Shown: one piece after another, positions 53,451 to 64,000 of the stretch
Layout of the letters: every line of letters starts with the position of its first letter
Numbering within the stretch: position 1 is the first letter of the stretch
Notes under the pieces: generated by a model
Told to the model about the DNA's origin: nothing
The model's database searches: none
The model's input: only the letters and a program-made list of their open reading frames with translations
Translations under genes and position numbers: made by a program
DNA from: Octopus vulgaris
Lineage: Eukaryota
Assembly: GCA_951406725.2 (NCBI GenBank)
Contig: OX597817.1
Coordinates: 93,992,001 to 94,056,000, forward strand
DNA: 64,000 nucleotides
Direction of reading: 5' to 3'

Positions 53451-53514
53451 GAGACTTTAAAAGCAAATCAAGCCAAGTTTTTAGAAATTGTGAGAAGCAC
53501 ATAACATGAACGAC

Positions 53515-53567
<53 letters not shown>

Positions 53568-54615
53568 GGAAGAAGGCGGCTGGACGTGTTTTTCGCTGCT
53601 CTGACCTGTCAGTAGCTAACCCAGCTGGACAACTGAAAAAACAATTGTAAAAAACTGGAAGATCTACTGTTTTCTGAGAGTAATTTGAATTTCTCTCAAA
53701 ATAAGTTAAGGAACTTACATATCTATAGCTTTGGACATACAAACGAACACCTAACAAAAAAAAATTAGAAACATGAATATCTCCAATTTTGTGTGAACAT
53801 TTTGTCGTCCCTTCTTCCTTGACTATCAGAATATGTAAAAATGCCTTTTATTGTAACAACACAATTAAACGCACGATAAAAAATTATGGAAGTAAGCATC
53901 TGCTAATATATACATACTGCACAACTACAAAAACTGTAAACCACAGCAAAACTTTTAAAAATAAAAAAAATACCAAAAGAAAAAGAATTTCAGAAATTCA
54001 AAATCCCAACAAGGTGAACCCGCTTTTCCTCCTACTGTTCTCAAAGACTGGAATATCTACAACTCCCTGTAAATATTTTAAATCTCCCTCAAAATAAAAT
54101 AATTTAGGAAACTTATATATCTACTGCTATCGAACACACAAACGGTCAGCTTAAAATACAAAAAAAAACAAAAAAAATTCTTTAATATCTACAACTAATG
54201 TGCGACAACGTATCCTTTCCTCTCCCCCTGAGTATTCGAAAATGTAAATATCATCCTCCTTTTTATTCTAAGAACGCTATCATTTCTCTCTGTGCAGTCA
54301 TACAAAAGACCATATTTAGTAAATCTTAGAACTTTACTAGCCACAACTTGTTTTTTTCTTTTCTTTTTGACTCTCCCTGAGCATTCGAAAATGTAAACAT
54401 TCTTCTTCCCATTGCAAAAAAAGTCTTATTGTATTTTCCAAATGGACAGAGAAACGAACATTTCAAGAATACCTAAAAACTTTAATATATTACCCAAATA
54501 CGCAGGCACAACTTTTAGTGCAACAACACAATTGAATTCAGAAATTTAAAAAATCATCAACGTGAATATCAGATATGTGTGTGTGAGTATACATATACAT
54601 ATACATATGTGTGTG

Positions 54616-54663
<48 letters not shown>

Positions 54664-56429
54664 TTTTTCTCTTCTTACCATTAATTACAAATATAACAAG
54701 CTGAATTGCTTTTCAAGGCAGCGCTGGTACTAGTAAACAGGTTTGACCTCTCCTGACCTAAAATGTCCTTTGTCTCTTTGGCTGACCTCTCCACCATCTG
54801 CTGAATATATTTATAGACCTATAGAACATGACCTCTTTACCAAATGCTAATCAACTATCTCCTGAGACAATGGTAGTATTGGTGGTGATGGTGATAGTGA
54901 TAAAAATAATAATAAGTTACTGCTGTGACTACACATAAAACAATATCATTGATGATAATGATGATGATAGTGATGGTGATAGTAATAATAATAACAATAA
55001 TAACTGACAGATCCTTTTTTTCCGTATTTTATTCTCATTCTTTCGAACTAACACAGGCAGAGTGAACCTTTCATAAGTTTAAAAAAAAAACCCAAAAAAC
55101 AAAAACCATGTTCGGAGATAAATCTATCAACAAAATAAATACAGACGAACACAGATCTGCTAGCCTTAAGAAGCGGCGCTACGAACAATGTTTACATGCA
55201 GAGAACCCTAAACTGACAGATCCGTCTCCTAATGTAAGAGTCGAAGCTCGTCATGCTTCAATGTCAACAAAACAAAATTACAAACCGCAATGGTCATCGA
55301 GCGGATTACAAAAGACCACGTACCAGAAAATTGAACCAAATTCTGATTGAAAAATCAGCTACTGGATCAAATCTTCCCGACATACAGGAGCTGGACGTAC
55401 CCCACAACCGGAATATTCCAACAGATGGCCATCCATGCCCGTCACCAAATAATCAAAAGAAAAAGAAGGAAAAATGGTCTAGGGAAGATAATAAAGAAGT
55501 TCTTGCGGTCTTCTACCATGCCATATATTTCCCCACGGATAAATCTAACACTGTACAAACATACTTGAACTGGAGACAGAAACACCCTGAAGCAAGACCC
55601 TACATAGACAGTAACAAACTCGCCAACATCAGAAGAAACATTATAGAAAGAACATTACTGACTGAAGTAGAGATTGATCAAATTAGACAAGCAGTAACGG
55701 ATAAAATGAACGAAGCTGCAGCTAAAGAAGATAATACAGAGGAAATAATTATAGACCAGCCCAGGACTGATAAAAACGAAGTAAGGATTGAAAGAGTTAA
55801 TATAAGTGATAGGCAAAGTGAAATACTCCCTGAACCAATCATAAACACTAAAACAGATGAACATCAAATAGATGAAGAAAGTCACACAAATATTGACCCA
55901 ACAGAACTACATGAGCTAAAAAAATCAAATCATGATTGAATGGCTGAAAATTAAAGAAACCAGTATGGTTGAACGTGATATACTCCCTAAAATCCGCAAC
56001 TCTAACCAAAACATGAAAATAATTGGTAAAATCCGGCTTGCACTTAAGGATATAATTTCAGCTAATGATGTTGAAATCACAAATCTCAACCACCTATACT
56101 ATGCATCCGCGAAAATCTCAACGATCCTATGTGGTGTAGAGATTAGAAAACGGCAACATTCCCACAAAAAGCCTTCTTGGCAAGAGCGAATCCAACAACA
56201 AATTAAACTATTTAGATCTGACATTGAATATTTGGAAAACCTTAAGGTTGACAAGACTACCAAACCTACAAAAACCCAAAAATTAATGAAAAAATATAAA
56301 ATGAAAACTATACTTGATATTGATGCCACCATAGAAACCATCAAGCAACAGGTATCTGCTAAAGCTGTCCGCATAGCGCGGTATGAAAAGCGTGTTAGAT
56401 TTTTCAAAGACAACATGTTCAAAAATAAT

Positions 56430-56627
56430 TCTCTTTACTCTTTTATTCTTTTACTTGTTTCAGTCATTTGACTGCGGCCATGCTAGAGCACCGCCCTTAG
56501 TGGAGCAAATCAACACCTTATTCTTTGTAAGCTCAGTACTTATTCTATCGATCTTTTTTGCCGAACCGCTAAGTGACGGTGACATAAACACACCAGCATC
56601 GGTTGTCAAGAAATGCTGGGGGGACAA

Positions 56628-56658
<31 letters not shown>

Positions 56659-56830
56659 CATATATACGACAGGCTTCTTTCAGTTTCCGTCTACCAAAAA
56701 TCCACTCACAAAGCATTGGTCGGCCCGGGGCTATAGCAGAAGACACTTGCCCAAGGTGCCACGCAGTGGGACTGAACCCGGAACCATGTGGTTGGTTAGC
56801 AAGCTACTTACCACATAGCCACTCCTGCGC
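56430..56830 (-). mobile_element. Full-length tRNA-derived SINE inserted in the LINE ORF
   Basis: Head gcgcaggagtggctatgtggtaag..catggttccgggttcagtcccactgcgtggcaccttgggcaagtg. The LINE sequence resumes after it (FKNN|PKS..RKIGK). Confidence 0.92.
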
Positions 56831-58533
56831 CCAAAATCTTTTTACCGGAAGATAGGAAAAACACCAGTTACTGTAAAGTCTGTACCATCAAAAGAAGTGC
56901 TGGAATTTTGGAATAAAATTTGGGCAGAAGAAAAAACACACAACGAAAAGGCGCCCTGGATTGATAGAATATCTACAGAACTGGAATCCTTTGAAGAGCA
57001 AAAGTGGGAGGGTGTTAAGGTAGAAGATATAAGATCTGCTCTCAGGAGGTCAAGCAAATGGAAGTCTCCAGGAAAGGATAAAATTCCTAAATTCTGGTTG
57101 AATGCCTTCCCAGAGAGCCATGAACTGCTAACAGATCTTTACAATGATGTTTTGCAACACCCTAGTAGGATGCCTCCTTGGCTAGTTAATGGGTTAACAT
57201 TCCTGCTTCCAAAAAGTGAAGAAACAAATAAACCAAAAAACTATAGACCCATAACCTGCTTAACAACTATGTATAAAACGCTAACATATGTACTGACGGA
57301 ATATACATATAGTGTTTTAACAGACAACAGCATATTCCCTAATGAACAAAAAGGATGTAAACGTGGATCCTATGGTTGTAAAGATCAACTACTCATCAAT
57401 AAGATGATCTAAGAAGATTGTCACAAACGATACAAAAACTTATCAATAGCCTGGATAGACTATAAAAAGGCTTTTGATAGCCTACCACATAGCTGGATTA
57501 AGAAATGCCTAGAAATGTATAAAATAGCACCTACTCTGCGAAACTTTTTGTCTGTAAGTATGAGATCATGGAGAACCACACTAACTTTGAACAGTGACAA
57601 TGAATCTCTAAATGCTGGTGATGTAAAAATTTCATGTGGTATTTTCCAGGGTGACTCACTATCAGCACTCCTCTTTTGTTTAGCCTTAATACCTCTCTCA
57701 AAATTGCGCAATGACGCGCAGTACGGATATAAGATGTTGGATAAAAATATAAATCATTTCATTTACATGGATGATTTAAAGCTCTTTGCAAAAAATGACC
57801 AACAACTCAAGGGCTTACTAGAGATTGTTAAACGATTCAGTGATGACATCAGAATGCAATATGGCCTCGATAAATGTGCAAAAGCTACGTTTATCAAAGG
57901 AAAAATGACAGAAACATCTAACATTAACCTTGACCAGCAGAATGTCATAAAAGAATTAGACCCAGCGGAGAGCTACAAGTACCTAGGGGTAATTGAATGG
58001 GACGGAATAAGGCGTTCAGTGATGAAGGAAAGGATCAGGAGAGAATGTTATCGCAGAGTAAGTGCAATACTCAAGACAGAGCTGAATGCGAGAAACAGGA
58101 TCAAAGCGATCAATGCTTTAGCCATATCAGTCGTGACGTACAGTTTCAATATCGTTAACAGGTCAATTACTGAAATATGTAATCTTGACAGAAAAATACG
58201 AAAGCTGTTGACAATGCATAGAATGCACTAATTGCAGTCTCCTAGCGCCTACAGAGTATATCAACAGGCATGATAGAGCTGCACAATATATTCAAGGGGT
58301 AATTTGCAAAAACCTGGATTTGCCCCATGAAAAAAACTGGTGGGAACACAAACCACCTCTAGTACTTGAAAATGACCACATCTCACTCCTCTGGAACTTC
58401 TCCATTCAACACAAAAAATATATATAGCACACTAGGCATAGCAACAACATGAACTTCCAACCTGTTGTCTCTTGAGGTCTCTGGGTGAGACTTGGAGCCA
58501 ACTTGTACAAATATAAAGCAAAAGTCAAACATA

Positions 58534-58905
<372 letters not shown>

Positions 58906-59419
58906 TACCTCAACAGGCATGATAGAGCTGCACAATATATTCACTGGGTAATCTGCAAAAACCTGGATTTGCCCCATGAAAAAAACTGGTGGGAACACAA
59001 ACCACCTCCAGTGCTTGAAAATGACCACATCTCACTCCTCTGGAACTTCCCCATTCAAACTGACAGAAAGATAGATGCAAATAGGCCAGACATCATATTG
59101 AAAGACTTCAGACAAAGAACATGCCTCCTCATTGATATGACTGTCCCAATCGATATAAACGTATCTGTCAAGACCTACCAAAAACTGAGCAAATATAAAG
59201 ATCTTGAAATAGAAATCAGCAAAATGTGGAACCTGAAGACTAAAACAATACCTGTTGTCATAGGTGCCCTGGGAATGATAGCAAAAGGGACTAATTGCTA
59301 CCTAACTCAGATACCAGGAAACCCCAAAATGGCAGAAATTCAAAAGATAGTGCTCATGGGAACTGCTCATATCCTACGCAAAATACTCTCTATGTAATCC
59401 CAAGGTTTAAAACAAATTT

Positions 59420-59450
<31 letters not shown>

Positions 59451-59634
59451 TTTTATTTTATTTATTTATTTTTTTTTTAAATTTTATTTTTATGTATTAG
59501 ACATTCACTAGTACAACACCAAAAAAAAAAAAACCCCAAATATATGGCACAGAACTTCCAACCTGTTGTCTCTTGAGGTCTCTGGGTGAGACTTGGAGCC
59601 AACTTGTACAGACATAAAGCAAAAGTCAAACATA

Positions 59635-59708
<74 letters not shown>

Positions 59709-59713
59709 GTAAT

Positions 59714-59771
<58 letters not shown>

Positions 59772-59844
59772 GCCCTGATGCAGTACCAGGCAGTGGCTCT
59801 CATGGCTTCTGATCTTAACTGATTGGAAGCAAAAGTCAAACATA

Positions 59845-59929
<85 letters not shown>

Positions 59930-59930
<1 letters not shown>

Positions 59931-60482
59931 TGCCCTGATGCAGTACCAGGCAGTGGCTCTCATGGCTTCTGATCTTAACTGATTGGAAGTGTTATGTACA
60001 TTGTTTTGTCTTGGTATAAAAGATGGGCTACAGCAAATATTCTGCTCAATACCACAGATTTGCTTGTCAGTTGTTTGACCTTAACCAGTTGAGCATGTCC
60101 CTTAGTGGCTGACGATATGTGCATCTCTGATCACGAGCAGAAGTAGTGGGGAGCATCATAGATATGTGTTGAGAGGGATTCTTTGGGGTTTGAATAATTC
60201 ACCTCTGGAAACATGGGTGGTTCTTTCAGCATCTTTAAACAACCCTTATTCAGGGACCGTTTGAGCGGGATGGGCTACTCAACCTGAAGAAAATTCTAAC
60301 TGGGCCCCCACCTGCAAGGTCATGTGCTGTTTATCTTGATATGAGACCACCATTTCGCGCACATATGGTTGTGATGCATGTGCCTGGTGTACCCTTATCA
60401 GACGGGTAGTCATGATGGGTATGTTGGGCTTCGTATATTTTACCCCAGTGTCACTTTGATGGCACGAACTGCTCTCTCACTC

Positions 60483-60483
<1 letters not shown>
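59930..60483 (+). mobile_element. ~550-bp non-coding (TAA)n-inserted element, apparently full length
   Basis: Starts atgccctgatgcagtaccagg and ends ctgctctctcactc(AAT)n. Homologues at 17738-18080, 59770-59830 and 62225-62670. Confidence 0.85.
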
Positions 60484-60537
<54 letters not shown>

Positions 60538-60538
<1 letters not shown>

Positions 60539-61882
60539 GAGCTCAATGCTAAAAACAAGATAATAGGTATCAACACTTTAGCTGTCCCAGTTATAAGTTA
60601 CAGCTACAATATCCTTAACTGGACACGAAATGAACTGACCAAAATAGATAGGAAAACAAGAAAAATAATGACAGGATCTAGGATGCATCACCCAAAATCT
60701 GACATAGAAAGACTATATATACAACGTATGGAAGGTGGTAGAGGCCTTATACAGCTGGAAAACTACTATAAAATAACCACCATAGGACTGCAAAAATATC
60801 TACTTCAGAAGGAAGGAAAACTGATCCAGATAGCGGCAAAACACGAGCAAAACAAAAAACTGTTCTCAGTATTTAAGGAAGCTGACAAATACAAACAAGA
60901 AATCATACCACCTAATAAACATGAAGAAGAAGAAGAAGATGAAGAAACAACAAAAGCTATAAAACAAATGAAATCCAAACTAAAAACAGAACAGCAACGA
61001 ACCATGATAAAACGATGGCAAGAAAAGCCCCTTCATGGTAAATACTGCACTAAACTAAACGCAAAAGAAATAGACAAAGAAAAATCCCAGCAATGGTTGA
61101 GAAGCTCAGGACTCAAAGCAGAAACAGAGGGATTTTTAATTGCAGCACAAGACCAAAGCCTCCCCACCAGAAATTACCAAAAACATGTAATGAAAAGAAA
61201 TATTACAAGTAACTGCAGAATATGTGGAGATGGACAAGAAACAATAAATCATATTATCTCTAGCTGCCCAGTCCTGGCTAAGAAGGAATATATTCACAGA
61301 CATGACAGAGTTGGAACCTACATACATTGGAAGCTATGCCAACATTATGGAATAACAACAGAAAAAAGATGGTATAGGCACACACCAGAAAAGGTCACAG
61401 AAAACGAGAAAGCAACCATACTCTGGGATATGCCGATACACACAGATAGAGAAATTAAGGCCAACAGACCAGATATAGTTGTCAGAGATCATGAAGAAAA
61501 AAATGCTTTTTAATTGATGTATCAATACCGGCAGATGACAACGTGTCTCTAAAAGAAATGGAGAAACTCTCAAAATACAAAGACCTGGAAATAGAGGTAA
61601 CTAGAATGTGGAATCTGAAAACAGAAACAATTCCTATCATAGTAGGTGCATTAGGCATGATAAAAAAATATTCAGACAAATACATAACAAAAACACCAGG
61701 ACTTACAAACACATATAACATACAGAAAATTGCACTACTAGGCACTGCCCACATCCTACGCAGAACACTTTCCATACAATAACCATCAGAGCATCACAAC
61801 AAATCACAGCACATACCCAAGGCACACAGAGCTGCGCTCGGTAGTGAAGTGAAAGCACGCTATAAAAATAAAAATAAAACTA

Positions 61883-61890
<8 letters not shown>
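60538..61890 (+). mobile_element. 5'-truncated young R4/Dong LINE between (AAT)n tracts
   Basis: ORF 60668-61513 (HHPKSDIERLY, LHGKY, GLKAETEGF, CRIC..ETINHI, RHDRV, RPDI), then a frameshift into 61543-61782. Confidence 0.95.
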
Positions 61891-61917
<27 letters not shown>

Positions 61918-62141
61918 TAATATTTATAGGATTGAGGTTACTCCTCCAGAAAATATAGAAGCGAAAAAAGAACAGTGCCATTTTTTTGCTTCTATGTTTT
62001 CTGGATGAGTAACCTTAATCCTATAAATATTACCAAAATGAAGTAAATTGACAAGTTTATTTTTTGAACCTGTGGAAGTCACATGAGATGTCGAAATATC
62101 ATTCACCTGATAAGAAAGGCACTCTTCTTTCTTTTAGCTTC

Positions 62142-62182
<41 letters not shown>

Positions 62183-62183
62183 T

Positions 62184-62224
<41 letters not shown>

Positions 62225-62226
<2 letters not shown>

Positions 62227-62670
62227 GTCCTGATTTAGTACAAGAGTGTGGCTATCGTGACTTTTCATCTTAACTAATTGCAAATGTTATCATGTACATT
62301 GTTTTGTCTTGGTATTAAAGATTGACTACAACAGGAGTGTGGTGGGGGGCACCATAGTTATGTGTTAAGAGGAGTTATTTGGGGCTTGAATAATTCACCT
62401 CGGAAACTTGGGTGTTTTGTTCATCATACATAAACAACCCTTATTCAGGCACCTTTTAAGTGGGATGGGCTACTCAACCTGAAAGAGTTTTTACTGTCCC
62501 CCACCTCTTCCTGCAATATCATGCGCTGTTTATCTTGACATAATATCACCATGTCGCGCACATATGGTTGTAATGTATGTGCAAGGTGTACCCTTATCAG
62601 GGTAGTCATGGTGGGTATACTGGGCTTCGTATATTTGTTCCCCAGTGTCACTTTGATGGCATACACTGCA
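62225..62670 (+). mobile_element. Diverged copy of the 550-bp (TAA)n-inserted element
   Basis: Colinear with 59930-60470, with an internal deletion. Confidence 0.8.
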
Positions 62671-62759
62671 ACAACAACAACAACAACAATAACAGCAGCA
62701 ACAACAACAATAATAATAATAATGACAATGATGATGATTATGACGATCATGATGATGAT

Positions 62760-62957
62760 TTTTCTATTCTAGGGACAAGGCCAGGAATTTTAGGGGAGAA
62801 GTAAGACGATTATATCAACTGGTACTCATTTCATCGCCTCCGAGAGGATGAAAAGCAAAGTCGATCTCGGTGCAATTTGAACTCAGAATATAAAACTAGA
62901 AGAAAAGCCGATAAGCATTTCGTCCGGCGTGCTAATGATTCTGCCAGCTTGCTGCCT

Positions 62958-62992
<35 letters not shown>

Positions 62993-63165
62993 GGCACAAG
63001 GTCTGAAATTTTGGGGGAGGAGCTTGTCGATTATATCGAACTCAGTGCGTACATCGACCCCGGAAGAATGAAAGGCAAAGTCGTTCTGGGCGGAACTTGA
63101 ACTCAGAACGCAAAGACGGACGAAATGCTACTAATCTATTTTCCCAGTGTGCTAACGATTCTACA
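62760..63165 (-). mobile_element. Two diverged SINE copies related to 22787-23388
   Basis: gatgaaa.gcaaagtcg...cgg.g.aatttgaactcagaa ... ggcgtgctaa.gattctgccagct.gc.gcctt. Confidence 0.8.
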
Positions 63166-64000
63166 ATATTGTATTTGGGGATGGTCATGTTACTAGTTTA
63201 GCCAATAAAAACACAAACACTATATATTTGGTGTCCACTTGCTTCATTGTATTTGTTAATTGTATTTCGGCCAGAGTTCTTTGGTCACACTTCTGTGAGT
63301 TCATCATTGGTCCTTTGCGTTCTTCTTTCTTTTACTAACGATCTACCATTTTGTATTCCTATTCTATGTGTCTTTATTTACGCATGCGTATATGCCTGTG
63401 TGTTGTGTGTGTGTGTGTGTGTGGGGGGGGATGTGTTAATTTACTTTTACTTATTTTATTCTTTTGTTTATATCTACTTTTCTTTTCTTTCTTTTTTGTA
63501 TCAATCTAATTTAACTTAGTTTGTTTATGTATATAGTTATTTAATTCCATTTATTTATCTGTTTATTGTATTATATTCATATTATATCAGCTTATAGTGA
63601 TCTTATTCTGTCATAGGTTGTGGTGTGTTGGGGGTGTGTGTGCTAGTGTTCCATTCTAGTTTTCTCTTCAGGCTAGGTTTATCTTCCATTATGTGTGTAG
63701 CTTCCGTAATTTGTCTAAGCGTTGCGTCTGTTCTGTGTGTGGACAAGATTTTAACTTCTGCTTTGTTGAGTGAGCCCCCGTATTCCTGCTCGGCGTGCTA
63801 GTACAGAACCGATGAGCTCTTCTCTTCCTTAATATTCCTCCAATACCAGTTCTCCTATGCTCCGTGCTGTCTCCCCTTCGTACGTCGTCGTCTTGTTACT
63901 GCACCGTTCCTCTGTACATCTTATACTATAGAGTACATTCCTAGCTTTACAGTTTGTTTGTGGGCTAAATCTACATACAGTACAGTTCCTATCTGTACAG
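63165..64000 (-). mobile_element. Penelope-like element 3' end (GIY-YIG plus 3' non-coding region), running off the window
   Basis: Minus strand: CKARNVLYSIRCTEERC...YEGETARSIGE, SVLY*HAEQE, DATLRQITEATHIMEDKPSLKRKLEWN. Decayed HHR at 63313-63269. Confidence 0.85.

Overview
Eukaryotic, AT-rich, microsatellite-saturated sequence with no supportable host gene. The SINE and microsatellite content looks like a coleoid cephalopod (Octopus); this is recognition, not a database result. The window is a transposon graveyard: a degenerate Ty3/Gypsy gag-pol, about ten R4/Dong-type REL-endonuclease LINE pieces clustered at (TAA)n tracts, a CR1-like LINE, an RTE remnant, two Penelope-like (PLE) GIY-YIG elements, many tRNA-derived SINEs, a non-autonomous Helitron and a mariner remnant. 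The main unexplained signal is a set of short non-coding elements inserted in (TA)n. They carry minimal type-I hammerhead ribozyme (HHR) motifs with palindromic stem III. In three of them, long head-to-head inverted repeats invert inside the hammerhead. One is a ~450-bp terminally redundant, retrozyme-like monomer. Two hammerheads have a compensatory G3-C8 core (GUGAACA), one of them directly behind a Penelope ORF. Most ORFs in the supplied track are microsatellite artefacts. All folds and alignments were done by eye, and element boundaries are approximate unless a motif is quoted.
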